A stretch of DNA of 64,000 nucleotides from Chiloscyllium plagiosum. Taxonomy: Eukaryota. The position numbers were made by a program, and so were the translations under genes. The first letter of the stretch is position 1. Each line of letters opens with the position of its first letter. The notes under the pieces were generated by a model that worked only from the letters and a program-made list of their open reading frames with translations, searched no databases and was not told the origin of the DNA. Location of the stretch: the NCBI RefSeq assembly GCF_004010195.1, contig NC_057728.1, forward strand, positions 50,668,782 to 50,732,781, written 5' to 3'. Of this stretch, positions 1-14,019 are shown piece after piece.

Positions 1-610
1 AATCTGCTCCCACTCCCTCTCCCTCTCCCACTCTGACTGAGCTCAATCCTCTCCATCTCCCTCTCCCACTCCAACTGAGCTCAATTCTCTTCCCTCTCCC
101 TCTCCCTCTCACACTGATCTCAATCCGCTCCTCTCCCTCTCCCCCTACACTGATCTCGTATTCTAACAGATGAAAGGCTTAACAGACAATCAATTTTTCA
201 CGGTATAATTTCAGTTACATCACACTGTGTATTTTTGCTATAAAATCTGTGTTGCGATCGAGCCCTCCACAACCACGTGATGAAGGTGCGTCGCTCCAAA
301 AGCTAGTGTACTTCCAATTAAACATGTTGGACTATAACCTGGTGTTTTGTGATTTTTAACTTTGTACACCCCAGTCCAACACCGGCATCTCCAAATCATA
401 CACTGATCTCGATCCGCTCCTCTCCCGCTCCCCCTACACTGATTTCGATCCGCTCCTCTCCCGCTCCCCCTACACTGATCTCGATCCGTTCCTCTCCCAC
501 TCCCCCTGCACTGATCTCGATCCGCTCCTCTCCCACTCAGCCTTCACTGACCTCGATCTGCTCCTCTCCCTCTCTGCCTGCACTGAGTTTAGTTTGCCCC
601 TCTCCTGCTC
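1..610. repeat. Pyrimidine-rich ~36-bp minisatellite (ACACTGATCTCGATCCGCTCCTCTCCCGCTCCCCCT), interrupted by a PLE fragment
   Basis: Tandem units visible at 400-560 and degenerate units at 1-158. They give the TLISIRSSPAPP repeat in ORF 349..870. Confidence 0.85.
159..398 (+). mobile_element. PLE family B terminal-repeat fragment with a degenerate hammerhead (274-308)
   Basis: Homologous to 16810-17017 and 22715-22910. Flanked by TACACTGATCTCG at 146-158 and 399-411. Confidence 0.8.
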
Positions 611-1591
611 CCCTCTCTGTTTTTGGTCTGGGTTCTGCTCCTCAGGGTTTTAGCTATCGGCTGAGCTCCTTCCCCCATTCCCCAGCTTCAGTGTTCATCT
701 TGTCAATGGCTGCTTTCATCAGAATTTCTCCAAGAATCTCATCGGACAAGAGGTATGAAAGCCAGTGTAAAGTGAGAGCAACTTCCTGTCAACAGGTCAA
801 CCTGAGGAGTTTTTCTGTCCATTTTTTCCATATCAATCAGATCTGGTTAATTTATGTTTTAAGTTGCTGAAGCATCATTCATGCAAATTAAACAGCATGT
901 TGAAGAAAATGTGGTTGTTGAAGATATTCTTCTTTTAGTTTTGGAGCATTAAAGATGTTAAGATATCGGGAATACAGTGCACATATCAGCAAAACATGTT
1001 TAAAAATGCCGAAATCTCTGGACTTGTGACCACTATATCTAAAGCTCAGAACTAGAATGCATTCAAGAAATATGATTTCTCTGGTACTTTTGCAGCAAGG
1101 TTACTAATCAACTTAGAGAATTAAAAAGACTTCAGTGGGATGGTGCAAGTTAATAAGGGAATTTGAAACTACCACTGTTCCTTTGGAAAGCTGACAAAAA
1201 CCTGGTGTGAATCTCCTCTGGAAAACACAGCACAACTCCACTTCTAGACCGTAGTTGCATTGAGACTTGCCAGAAAATGTTTGTTTAATTTTAGTTTACA
1301 AGTTTAATTAGTTTACTTTCTTGGATGGTAAGATTGTCCTATAAGGCGAGATAACAGTAACTGGGCCTAAATTCTCTTGAGTTAAGAATAATGAGAGAAT
1401 CTCATTGAAACATGCAGAGTTATTAATAGAGCTGAACAGGCTAGATATAACAAGGGTGTTGCCCCTGGCTAGGGGATAGGGATAGGAGTGGGGACATCTA
1501 GAATTAAGGGCCAAGGTCTCAGAATAAGGACAGAAGAATCACAGACTGTGATGAGGTATTTCTTCACTCAGATGGTGATTAATCTTAGAAG

Positions 1592-2253
1592 TATCTCAGA
1601 TTACAACAGGATGTTGATCAGCTGGGCCAATGGGCTGAGAAGTGGCAGATGGAGTTTAATTTAGATAAATGCGAGGTGCTGCATTTTGGGAAAGCAAATC
1701 TTAGCAGGACTTATACACTTAATGGTAAGGTCCTAGGGAGTGTTGCTGAACAAAGAGACCTTGGAGTGCAGGTTCACAGCTCCTTGAAAGTGGAGTCACA
1801 GGTAGATAGGATAGTGAAGGCGGCGTTTGGTATGCTTTCCTTTATTGAATACAGGAGTTAGGAGGTCATGTTGCGGCTGTACAGGTTAGGCCACTGTTGG
1901 AATATTGTGTGCATTTCTAGTCTCCTTCCTATCGGAAGGATATTGTGAAACTTGAAAGGGTTCAGAAAAGTTTTACAAGGATGTTGCCAGGGTTGGAGGA
2001 TTTGAGCTATAGAGAGAGGTTGAATAGGCTAGGGCTTTTTTCCCTGGAGCGTTGGAGGCTGAAGGGTGACCTTATAGAGCTTTATAAAATCGTGAGGGGC
2101 ATTGATAGGATAAATAGACAAAATCTTTTCCCTTGGGGTGGGGGAGTCCAGAACTAGAGAGCATAGATGAGAGGGGAAAGATATAAAAGAGACCTTAGGG
2201 GCAAGTTTTTCATGCAGAGGGTGGTATATTAATGGAATGAGCTGCCAGAGGAA
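1592..2253 (+). mobile_element. CR1/HER1-like LINE 3' fragment
   Basis: WQMEFNLDKCEVLHFG...QRDLGV and LERVQKSFTRMLPGLEDLSYRERL...SLERWRLKGDLIE motifs. Confidence 0.9.
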
Positions 2254-2795
2254 TTAGGGACATCACCAATATTGTTAGGAAGAGAATTCCATGATTTTGA
2301 CCCAGCCACAGTGAAGAAATGGTAGTGTATGTCCAAGACAGGATAGTGTGTTGACTTGGATTACCTTTGTTTCCAAACCCTGGGTGGACCCAAAACCCCA
2401 GATCTCTTTGAATTCAAAGCAAGAGAGAGAGACTTTGTTGAAAACCTGAAAATCCACAATCCTTTTATAAAATTGATCATTTCAAAATATTCTACTAAAT
2501 TTGTCATGTACAACTTTTAATAAAGGAGTGCTATTTGGCACTAATGCACATGATTTCAAATACCCCCTAATTGAACTCAAATCATGCGTTTAGAGAATTT
2601 GTAATTATCGTTGTTGTACCACAATCGAGTACTTTTTTTCTCTATGCATGCATTATAGTCAAGTGTCTGTTATGCCCATGGTTCAGACCTCAATGTCTAA
2701 ACTCCACTGGGAATTGAATAAAATGGTAAAGCTGCAGGCATCCTTTGCTTTATCTTTTCAAATTGATGTTTTGACTTTTAATTTTCCAAATTCAG

Positions 2796-2947
2796 AAAAA
2801 AACTTCACTTGAAAAAGATGAGAAATGGTATAGAGCTGAATGAGAGAATGCTCTTTCATGGTACAGGCAATGAATTTGTCGAAGCAATATGTTTACAGAA
2901 TTTTGACTGGCGATTAAATGGATTGCATGCTACAGTCTATGGAAAAG
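2796..2947 (+). CDS. PARP11: PARP11 (mono-ADP-ribosyltransferase), penultimate coding exon
   Basis: Acceptor ttcag at 2791-2795 and donor gtaagc at 2948. Translates (R)KKLHLKKMRNGIELNERMLFHGTGNEFVEAICLQNFDWRLNGLHATVYGK(G), with the PARP catalytic FHGT motif. Closely resembles PARP11 as I recall it. Absent from the ORF track. Confidence 0.92.
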
Positions 2948-3067
2948 GTAAGCAGCAATTATATCCGGAAATTTCATAAGAATTTCCACTTTAATCGTGA
3001 ATCGTTGTTTAATTGATGAATTCTTATATAAGGAGTGTACTGAGGTATATTTTTAATGCTCACACAG

Positions 3068-3381
3068 GGACTTATTTTGCCCGTGATGCCTCATACTCCA
3101 GCCGTTATTGCCGTACCACCGAAATGACTGAGCCATTCTTACAAATACCATCCTCATCTGCACCACATCGCTGGCGATCGAATTTTAAGACGATGTTCCT
3201 CGCCCGAGTTCTTGTGGGTGACTATACCACTGGAGATCCCAAATATACTCGGCCTCCTTCAAGAGATGGAAGTCTGGTGAACCTGTACGACAGCTGTGTC
3301 GATAACATGGAGAATCCAAAGATTTTTGTTATATTTGACTCTAACCATATTTATCCAGAATACCTAATTGAATTTACGTAA
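3068..3381 (+). CDS. PARP11: PARP11, last coding exon (catalytic domain C-terminus)
   Basis: Acceptor cacacag at 3061-3067; phase matches the previous exon across a 120-bp intron. Translates GTYFARDASYSSRYC...MFLARVLVGDYTTGDPKYTRPPSRDGSLVNLYDSCVDNMENPKIFVIFDSNHIYPEYLIEFT*. H-Y-I triad of mono-ARTs. Adjacent to CRACR2A, as in human. Confidence 0.92.
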
Positions 3382-3416
3382 TTGCAAATTAAGCAATTCT
3401 TGCTCAGAGACAGGAA

Positions 3417-3426
3417 AATAAATAAA
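3417..3426 (+). promoter_or_regulatory. Overlapping AATAAA poly(A) signals after the PARP11 stop
   Basis: AATAAATAAA about 35 nt downstream of the stop codon. Confidence 0.45.
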
Positions 3427-5919
3427 ATGAAGTCAATTGAATTATGTTATAAATGTAACAATTTCTTCAGCTGTCAAGGCTAATTTTGACAGCCCAACCT
3501 GTCAGTATGTTGTGGTCATGGAATGGTTGCAGAGATGGTGGACTTAATGTTGGAACTTCCTGCCTCATGGTCAAAGCAGCTACCTGAATCGAGTAAGGGC
3601 ATCTCATGAATCTCTGCAGCTAAGCACCCTACCATATACATGAGACCTTGCTGACATTGTGAAGGCCGATGGAGTTGATTAGCTGACATTGCCACTTCAC
3701 TGTGCTCAGTAAAGCTTGGAGAAATGTGAGTAAAGTCTGTTTGCCAACTAAGGGAATTGGGGGCGGGGCGAATCCCACATTTTCTCCCCACTGTGGAACA
3801 GCCTCGAATCCCCACTAATCCTACCTTTTCTATTGCTTGATCATCCTTTGGAAATCCTGCTATTCCAAAGAGGGTGAGCTGCCTCAGGACACTTGACACT
3901 ATTAATGTATCTACGATCTCAATGGTCTAGGAAAGAAAGGCTTGCCTTTAACATATTATATTTCATGACTGTAGGACATCTAAAAGCACTTTATGGACAA
4001 CTAAATACTTTTGAAATGTAATCACTGTTTTTGGAAAGTCACAGATAATTTGTGCACAGTATGCTCCCACAAATACTAATGTGATAATGATCAGATAAAC
4101 TGTTTCAGTGGTATTCATTGGAGCATAAATATTTGCCTTGATAATAAGGATAACTCCATGGCTCTCTGCAAACTGGTGCCATGGGATTGTGTACATCCAT
4201 CTGAAAGGGCCTTTACTTAATGCCAAAAGACAGCAACTCTAATTGTGCAGTTCTTCAATTCCTTCAGTGCAGGTCTCTAGATTGGTACAAGAACTCACAA
4301 CTTTTCAACTTGAAGAACTTCTGGTTGCAATTCTTGAGGTGGCTGTCCCACAGATCCCCAAAACCTCCTTTAACCCTGAATCAAAGTGAGAAGAATCATG
4401 ATTCTGGTTAAGTCTGCTCATGCTTTCACTGGTAACCACAATACATTCTATTGACCAGCTGCTAGAATTGTAAAACATTAATGCAACTAAAAGTAGAAAT
4501 GCCAGCAGGCCTGGATAGTCGGGTGTTGAAGAATACTTATGGTCGGGATTGAGGTGATTTTATTGGAGGTACTAGAGTAATTTTTGACTAACCCTCTGTT
4601 CCATTCTATCCTCCTGTTATGTTTCACATTTTTATGCAGCCTTCCTTCAAACACTGTGGTACTCCGTTCTCTGATCCAGCATGAATAATCCTAGTGTTTT
4701 TTAACAGCTCCTAAAAGCGGTTATTCTCATCCCTGGCCTCAGGCTGGCTGCTCATATTGTACACTTCCTGAAGTAACAATGTTGTATCTTATGACATATC
4801 ACAGACTATGTAACTTCCTACTCACAGTTTACAAATAATAAAAGTAAGGTAGAGGCATCAAAGGAATAGACAACAGTTGAGCAGAGACTCATGCATTTTG
4901 AAAGAATATTGGATGAGTGTATTGAGGAGAGGATACTGAGATACAGTGACAAATTTGGGCAGTAGGATTGGTTTAAGCTTACTCCTTTAGGAGCTCCATT
5001 AAATTCATCTCAATATCCCTCAATATTCTTGGATGCCTACCATCTACTTTGCAATCCATTATTGTTTTAATATGGCTTTCTTTAAGTTCATATTTCCATT
5101 AGGGCCGATTTGATTGGCTCCCACATTCCTGTTGACAATATAATGCTTTTGTTTTAAAACCTTCACCGTTTGCGCAGTCTCATGTACAGGCACATCTGCC
5201 TGAGCAAATCTTTGGATTTTAATATTTCTTAAATTTTTTTTTAAATTTTGGATGCTTATCTTTCCTCATTATCTCTCTTAGTTCCTACCTTCCCAGTTTC
5301 TTCCTATGTTCAACATCTATATTTTTTGAGTTTTGAAAAAAAGAGCCCACCTAGTGAATGTGGAGGGGATTAAGCAAAAGATATTTCCCATGTTCGAATA
5401 TCTTGCTTACTAAAGGGATAAGGATAAACCTAGCAACTACAAGCCAATCAGTTTAATCTTGATAGTGGTAAAGATTCTGGAAGCAATAAACCTTTATTTG
5501 AACAGAAATTATTAGCATTTCATTTTTCTAAATGTTAACAAACATGGTTGAATTAATTTGCTTCCACATTCAAGTTTTGTTGAAAATTAACCTAACATGA
5601 GCATTAAAAAACAGACAGAACTTTTCTTGTTTTTGCTTATGCTTATCTGTCTGACCTGATTCAACTTTATGAACATAAACAAGCTATAACAATAGTTATG
5701 TAATTAATGATGGATTTTTTTGTATATTTAGTTATACCTTTTCAAAAGTATTTCCTAACTTTCATAAATTAATATTAATAAAGTTTTAAAAATGACTCTT
5801 CTGCATTTTCTTTGAATAATGATGAAGGAAAACCACTCAGGAAAATGAGAGACTAATCAAGAATATTCCATCAGCAAAGCTCGCTAGATAGAACATCCTG
5901 TGAATGATCATTTAAGAGT

Positions 5920-7280
5920 AAGTAGGTGGTGCTGGAACCGTATAAAACATTGGTTAGGCCACAGCTAGAGTTTTACGTGCAGTTCTAGAATCCAAATTAT
6001 AGGAAGGATGTGGTTGCACTGTGGAAGGTGCAGAGGACATTTACCAAGATATTGCCTGGATTGGTGTGCTTTAGTTATGAAAAGTGATTGGATAGACTCA
6101 GTCAGAGGGACATGATTTTTTTAAATTCATTCATGGGATGTGAGCATCACTGGCTGGCCAGCATTTATTGCCCATCTGTAGTTGCCCTTGAGAAGATGAA
6201 GATGAGCTGCCTTCTTGAACCGCTGCAGTCCATGTGCTGAAGGTAGACCCATAATGTCCTTAGGGAAGGAATTTAGGATTTTGACTCATGTATAAAACTG
6301 AGAGTGTCATAGGCAGAATAGATGGGAAAAGCTTCTCCCCTTGGTGGAGGGATCAATGACCAGTGGGGCAATAGATTTAAGTTAAGGGGCAGGAGGTTTA
6401 AAGGGAATGTGAGTGGGAAACAACTTCTATGCATAGGACGGTGCAAGTCTGCAACTCATTACCTGTAAGGGTGGTAGAGGCATCAGCCTTGACTGATGAT
6501 GACACGATTTCAACTTGCATGGGTTTTCATCATTATGCCTTTACAATTTATAATGTGACACCAAAAGTAAGATCAGCAGCGGTCTTAAAGCATATGTAAA
6601 TTTAGTGCTTTTGCAAAAGAAAACCAGCCTTGTGCTATTGCTGATATGCAAATGCAGCAGATAATTAGGGCAAATTAAATTTTGGTGCTTATTGCTAAAG
6701 AGATAGAGTGTAAAAGTAGGGATGTGTTGGTGCAACTGTACAAAGCATTGATTAGACAGCATCGTGAGTATTGCATCCAGTTTTGTCCCCATACTTGAGG
6801 AAGAATGCAATTGCATTGGAGGTAGTTCAGAGAAGGATCACCAGATTCATTCCAGATATGAAAGGCTTGTGTTACAAGGAGAAATTGAACAGTTTATGCC
6901 TATACTCACCAGAGATTAGAAGAATGAGAGATCTAATTGAGGTATATAAGGGAATTATGTGGAACAGAGTTTCTCCTTTTGGAGCCGTTTAGAGTAAGAG
7001 CTCATAGTTTTAGGCTAAGGGATGGCAGATTTAAAACTGAGATGAAGAGGAATTGCTTCTGAGCCATGAATCTGCTTCATTCACTACCTCAGAGTGCAGT
7101 GAATGCCAGGGCACTAAACAAATTTAAGGAGGTGGATTTTTAATTAGTAAGGGATTAAAAGGTTATGGGAAAGGGGCAGGAAACTGGTGTTGAGATGAGA
7201 TTCGCCATAATCAGATTAAATGGCAGAGCAGGTTCTAGGGGTTGAATTGCCTACTCCTGCTCCAGCTCTTAAATTTTTAT
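5920..7280 (+). mobile_element. Cluster of decayed CR1 3' fragments, with an L2/SINE tail on the minus strand at ~6120-6290
   Basis: ALEVVQRRITRFIP...CYKEKLNSL motifs and CR1-type 3' UTR. Confidence 0.7.
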
Positions 7281-7999
7281 GGTAATTAATTAGCAACTTG
7301 GAATTCATGGCCAATACAATGTTTTCAAAAAATGCTGTGAATATTTGTATTAGTTCATGTTTCTTTGAGAAGTTTGCATTAGATCATGGTAGGCATCTGA
7401 AGTATGTGAAGATTTTATGATGTATGTTTGCTACAGGAATTCATATGGTAAGTCAAGGATTCAGTTATCATGTAATGCACAAGATATTACTTTGCCAAAG
7501 TGTTTCCCTTCAAGACTACATGATGCACTTTAGTTTGCTGTCTTGAATTTAATCCTTGGATCATAGAATCTCTACAGTGTGGAAGCAGGCTATTTGTCCC
7601 ATCAATTCCACACCAACCCTCTGAAGATTATCCTTTCCCTGCAACCCTGTATTTCCCATGGCTAATCCACCTAGCCTTCTTATACCTGAATACTAAGAAA
7701 TTTAGCATGGCCAATCCACCTAACTTGCACATCTTGGGACCGTGGGAGGAAACCAGAACATTAATTATGATGACTGGAGACCCATTGTTGTCTTAGTTGA
7801 TGGATTCTTCCATTGCTTTGGATGAGTGTTCAGCAGAAAAGTCAACTCTTTTAAAAGTGAAGATTAATGGCATCTTGTGTGATGTTGGGCTAAGTCTTGA
7901 TTTGCATGGGCAATTGTAAGTAGCGTTGAAGGGATGAGTGAAGCATTGGCTTTCCAGTGCACTTGTTCATTCTGAAGACACTTGACTATATTCTCCTCA

Positions 8000-8420
8000 A
8001 ATGTTAAAATTGCTTGATGATCAAAACCTTTCCATTTGGATGTGTCCAAGGTTGCTTTTTCCTACGTACTGAGTTTCAGCTTTCAACCTTTTGAGGTTGG
8101 TTTTTAGACTGTCTTTACATGTCAGTTTGGGAAGTCCAGTGGTTTGCCTTTCCCCACAGTTGGCTGCAGACCATTGTCTTTGGTACATGGTAATCTCACA
8201 TGCAATGCATCTGACCAACTCAGCAAAACTAGCTCTGCTGAACATGTATTCAATGGGTAGACTGTGCTTTGGAGGAACCTCAGTGTTGGGGATTTTAAAA
8301 CGCACAAAGAGAGTTCAGAGAATAATGGTGGAATGCTTAAAGTTGTTTAATGCAATAGCTGTAGGTTGCCTGGAGATGAGGACTTCTCAATTGGATTTTC
8401 TTGGAAACTACCACACCATC
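8000..8420 (-). mobile_element. RTE-clade LINE 3' fragment
   Basis: KIPNTEV...GLPKLTCKDSLKTNLKRL resembles the RTE C-terminus. Confidence 0.6.
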
Positions 8421-10259
8421 TGAAACCAAGGGAATTCAACCAACAATTGTTCCAGGAAGAGAGCCTTTTATCACAGGTTTAACTGTGGCAAAAATGTCTT
8501 AAATTTCCACTCGGCAGAGTTTTTATTTCTTTGTTTCTCCACAGTCATGTATTAGCTTCTTTAAAACAGTATGTGCGTATTTGCGTAATCAATAATAATT
8601 GCAACATTGTTTGAGTAAGTTTGTTTTGGTTACTTGTTGACAAACGAAACCTGGCTAACTAATTCTTAATGCTAAACCTGGCACAGTCTGATGCTTATAA
8701 AGTTAGGCATAGCGTCAACTTGGTTAAATTTAAAGTGTATTCTGACCAGTGTCGGGATGAGACTAGAAAAGTAAACAGAACACTTCTGTGTATGACAACA
8801 TCTTTAACTTGGTAACACAGTGCGCTCACCTGCGAAAAAGTGTGTACTCAGCTGATGTTCACTAACCTTTCTGCAAGCCTAGAATCTTTGTAAATTGAAG
8901 AGGTTGCTCTCTGTCCTGAATTTAATGTATACTCCATGTCAAAATGTTTTTGTGCATACTAGAGCAGAGATGAGAAGTATATGGCAAACACTAGAGACAA
9001 TATACAGCCTTCCTTGGTGGCAGGGGCTGGCCAACAATTAAAAGATACTGATCTTCTTGAATGAATGCCCTGGGTTGAACCCTTGATCTACATTTGTGTT
9101 GTGCCTTGCTTGTCTTTTTCTTTCAAACTCATGATATCACTGCAGAGCTGCATTGCTGTCTGTGTGTACATAATTAAGGAGGTATAGCTCAAGTCTGAAT
9201 AGTATCTTAGTTTAAATGTTAAGTTTAGTCTTAAAAAGTGAGTTTTTTGAATTTATTGAAGAAACATGGTGCAAGTCCATTTTACTCTTAAGTAACAAAA
9301 CAGAGAAACACATTGATTATTAAATATAGCATTTACATATTTGGTAGGACTCATGGAGTAGTGGGACTTGATCGCACTTTTCCTGTCCAAGTCGTAACAA
9401 TTGAAAGACAAACAATGATGGCAAGGGCGTGCTATATGTGGATCTGCTGTGGCATTGCTTGCATAAATTAAATGAATAAATTACAAATATTTTGTGTTCT
9501 GCTGCTAATCTGAAAATGTGTTTTCTGTTCTATCATTTTTTTGTCATTCTCCTGTCATAGGCATTGTCACTCCCTAAAAGCTGATGATAAACTTTCTCCT
9601 TAACCTGATCTAGTCAAGGCAGTGCAGACAAAAGCTTCATCAAATGAATCAAAAGAAATAACTGGACAGAGAACCTTTAACAATGATTAAATGTGAATGA
9701 GGTGTGTCACAAGAAGTGTGTTAGTATATTGCATACACAACTAATATATGGTTTACTAAAGTATAAGTCATGACAGTTTTGATGGAGTAGTGTTGTGAAG
9801 AGATCCAAATATTAATTTTTAAGTATACATAGGCCTACTTAATCTTTTATGACTTGAACTTTCAAACAAAGGACATTTAACGAAGCAGATTGCATTGGAT
9901 ATAGCAGCAATAATGCTGTACCTGCAAGGATTGGGAAGCTTGGATGAAGACTATCAGAGTGGAAAACTTTGAGAAAGAAAAATCACATGGATCGTCATCC
10001 TTGTATTTTGAACAGTGAGGGATAGATTCCTCTCAGCGACGTGTAAAAGCTGAAAACCCACTGAATGTTATCTTTGCCATTTGTAGAGGATTCCTGGCGT
10101 GGATTTATTGGAAGCTGCTCCATCATGTCTAGCAAAAGGATGTCAGCCATCTGTTCCAGGAAGGAAGTGCAGTACCAGCAGGTTATGTCTGTTCAGAATA
10201 GCTTTAGAATCAGAACACTATATTTGAGATGCGCCAAGGCATTTTTTTTAAATGAGTCA

Positions 10260-10755
10260 TCGTCATAGTGTCATACCACACAGAAATAAATCCTTTGATC
10301 CAATTGGTCCGTGCCAACGATGTTCACAAACTAAACTTGTCCCACACGCCTGCATTTGGCCCATATCTCTCCAAACCTTTCCTATTCATGTTCTTATCCA
10401 AATGTCTTTTAAGTGGTGTTACTGTACCTACATCCACCATTTCCTCTGGTAGTTCATTCCACAGACAAACCACTGTGTTTCTGAAAAGAAGTTCCCCCTC
10501 ATGTCCCTTTTAAATCTTTCTTCTCCTCTCACCTTAAAAACATGCTCCCTAGTTTTGAACTCCCCACCTTAGGAAAAAGACTTTTGCTATTCACCTTCTC
10601 TGTGCTCCTGATGATTTTATAAACTTGTATAAGGTCACCCCTCAATCTCCTACACTCCAGTTCAAAAAGAAGGTCCCAGCCCATCGAGCCTATTTTTATA
10701 ACTCAAAACCTCCATTCCCGGCAACATCCCAGTTATTTTTTTTTCTGAACCCTCT
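10260..10755 (-). mobile_element. CR1/HER1-like LINE 3' end
   Basis: Reverse complement of the CR1 3' ORF and UTR also seen at 17603-18010. Confidence 0.85.
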
Positions 10756-11444
10756 ACTTGGTCAATTATTGAGCAAACTTTTCATTTTATTGTTTCTTCT
10801 CAGATCTGGGCACGTGTTGTGTTATTTTTACAGGGGTAGACATTTATTTGCATAATTGAAACTGTTTGTCCATAATCTTTGCATCTTTGTGTAAATTTGT
10901 TTTTGGTAATAAATCAATTTTTTTTCTGAAGAAACCCGACTGACTTGTTCTTAATACTGAAGGTAACATTGTTCAAGACCTGTAAAATTAACCATATCAC
11001 CAACCTAATTACATTAAAAATTTGTTGTGACTAGCAGCGGAGTGGCCGTAGAAAAGGAAACAGTTGCACACCTTCAAGCTATGTCGTTACAGTGATAGAA
11101 ATATTTCTCATTCCTGCAAGAGTTGAGAGCCAGAGGGCACCAATTCAAGATAATCAGCTAAAAAAGAAACAACATGTTAAAGATCATCATTGCACAGCAA
11201 ATGGTTTCAATCTGGAATGCAGTGCCTGGAGATAAGTGATGGCTTTCAAGAGAAAATTTGATAATCACCTGAAAGGAAACAAAATTGTGACTTTTGAGAA
11301 TAGTCAGGATGGTGGGACAGGGCAAGTTGCTCTTGCAGAAAGCTGGCAGGGATTCAATGGGCCTTAATGTTTATATGTGATTGTGTTGATTTCCCATGTC
11401 AGTACTGTTATGACTTTGATGGGAGAAATGTGCAGATAATCAAG

Positions 11445-12560
11445 AGCGTAAGAAATAGAACAGGAATAAGCCATTAAGACCCTATTCAGTAAGATCTTTC
11501 CCAGGGCTCAAATCCTCTTTTGTGTCAGCATCATCACCCTTAACTCTGTGATATTTCAAAAATTTACCTCTTCCTTCAACATTTTCAGTGATATTGCCTC
11601 CCCAACTCTTTGGCAGAGAGAAATTCAGGCATTCACTACACTCTGAGAGAAAACATCCTTTGCATTCCAGTTTTAAATGAGCCAACCTTTATTCTGTAAC
11701 TATGATCCTTAGTTTGAGACTAGAATCATCATCTTGACATCAAACATTTCAAGCCCCACTTAGAATTGTGTATGTTTCAATAAGATAATTCCTCATTCTT
11801 CTAAAATCAAAAAATTTGGTCATTTTTGCCAAGTCACCCCTTCATCTCAGCCCTCCATTTGCAGTGTCACCAAAGCTCTGTGCAGTGGTAACAAGACTTT
11901 ATTTTAAATCTCCAACCCCTTAGCAAAAGCCAAAATTGCATTTGCTGCCTTCATTACTTGTTGCATCTTAATGCAAACATTTTGTGTTTCATGCATAAGA
12001 ACACTCTGATCCCTCTGTGCTGCAGTTTTTTGGAACATGAATTCATGTAAATAATAGTCTGCCTTTTGATTCTTGCCATCAAAGTTCATGGCTTTGGACT
12101 TCCCTTCATTTCATGTGCCAAGTTTTTTGCCCACTCGCTCATGTCCAAATCCCTTTGTAGATCCTTTATGACCTCACAATATGCCCTCCTATCTATTTTT
12201 GCACCGTGGGCAAACTTGGATAAATTACACTCTGCCCCGTGCTCCAAGTCATGAAGATAAATTTGAAGTAATTGAAGCCCTTGGTTAGTGGGAGTCTACA
12301 AGTTACATTTTTCCAACCTGAAAAAGACCCATCAATCCCGACTGTCTGTGTCTGTTTGCATTTCCTTTGAAACCCTTGGATGCAAGCCACCAGTCCTGAC
12401 TACCTGGTTTGCCTTTAGTCCTGTTAGTTTATCAAATACCTTATCCCTCATGAAAGACACTGTTGGAAGATTTTTCTTCTCATTAACACTTTGTTTATCT
12501 AGTACCTTTTGGATGTTTACAGCACCCTCCATAGTGAAGATCGATGCAAACTATTGGTTT
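11445..12560 (-). mobile_element. Old CR1 LINE fragment
   Basis: GGLHPRVSKE, VGIDGSFSGWKNVT and QRDQSVLMHETQ...QQVMKAANAILAF motifs. Confidence 0.75.
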
Positions 12561-14019
12561 AAATAATTTTCTTTGTGGAAAATACCAGGAAACCCTACAA
12601 AATCTCCATTATCAATTTCCCAGCTGCATCTTCAAAGGGGACCACACTTATATCAGCTACTGTTTTTTATATATTCATAGAAGATCTTGTTATTTGTTCT
12701 TATATTTCTTAGCAATTTACTTTCATAATAAATTTTCTCCCTCTTCATTGGCTTTCTAGTCTGTTACTGGTTCCTAAAATAAAAGATCCCAATCCTGTTT
12801 CCATGCTGCTTTTTTTCAAGATGGCGGTGGTGTCACAGCGTAACGTGTGAGCTCCTCAGTCCAGGAGCCCAGAGCCTGTCTACTCCATCCACTACTTTTT
12901 ATTTTGTTTCAATGCTTTTAAAAAAAAATGTTTCTACTTACTATTTACCTTACCATTTTTTAATTACTTTGGCGCATGGTGTCATGTCCTAGCCCAGACC
13001 CAATGACAAGGTGCTTTCAATGGCCTAGAATGCTTCTCAGTCTTGGTCATGTTGTAACCGCATCTTTTGTATTAGCTTTTCGCCTGAGAGAGGATGCTCG
13101 CATTGTTATGCCAATCCTGCCAGTGGGTTTCCAGGATTTTGCAGAGTCAGTGCTGGTGCTAACTCTCAAGGGATTTGAGGTATCAGCTGTACATGGTCCA
13201 TGATTCTGATGCATGCAGGAGGGTGGGCACCATGGCTGTCCTGTAGACTATGTGCTTGGTTCTGGGTTTGATGTCTCATGCAAAGCTTGTGAGTCAATGC
13301 ACACGTTAAACAGTAAACCACATGGTAAAATCCATTTTAAAGCACATAAGGCTTAAAACTTACGTTTCAAATAATTACAGTAGTCCCCATGGCTAGTTGA
13401 GTGTTTTTGGAAAAGGAAGGATGGGGTAGGTTCATGGATTCATCAGGAATTTGAATGCACTGAAAGAACAGAATGAACTCTGGCCTCCTGACCCTCTCCC
13501 AGAGAATAGGCAGTCAGTATTCACAGCTCCTGATGCCTGAATGTTCTGTCAATGAATATCAGACCCTGAGGTGGTGGTGGTAACTTCAATGCGTCCACAG
13601 GAGACACTGCAAGTGGCTACTTTCCCAGTTTATTGACCGACAGATTTCGAAATCCACATCAGAACTGGAACTCTGGGGAGTCTGGAGTCTCTCTTCCTAC
13701 TCCAACTCAAATCCAAGGATTCCCTGCCAGCGTGAGTTATGGGGTATCGCCACTCACCAGGGCCCCTCCTGTCTCTTTAGTCTCTGGTTCCCCCTCCCCC
13801 TCCCCTAAGAGTGTGAGGTCTGCCACCTCTGAATTCTGGGGTCTCCCCATTTTCCCAACCCCGAGTCTGTGCTCTCTCAGGGTCAGGGTTGATTTGGAGT
13901 CTGGTATCTCCCTATACTCATCCACAGAGTGAGAGGTCTCTTTCTGCACCCCCACCCCCAGCCCCCCCCACTGATTGTGACTATTTCCTGAGAATGCAGG
14001 GTTATCGGTTTTGCATGGA

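Noticed and set aside
349..870. 173-aa ORF with TLISIRSSPAPP repeats
   Set aside because: Translation of a 36-bp minisatellite plus the end of a PLE; GTG start and no recognisable domain.
3013..3067. N-terminal part of the 122-aa PARP ORF
   Set aside because: Intronic read-through; the real exon starts at acceptor 3068.
9790..11090. Possible solo LTR split by the CR1 at 10260-10755
   Set aside because: TG..CA-like ends and an AATAAA are suggestive, but I found no TSD or second copy.
12815..12860. CAAGATGGCGG (YY1 motif) as a promoter
   Set aside because: A single motif, also common at LINE 5' ends; no supporting exon or CpG island.
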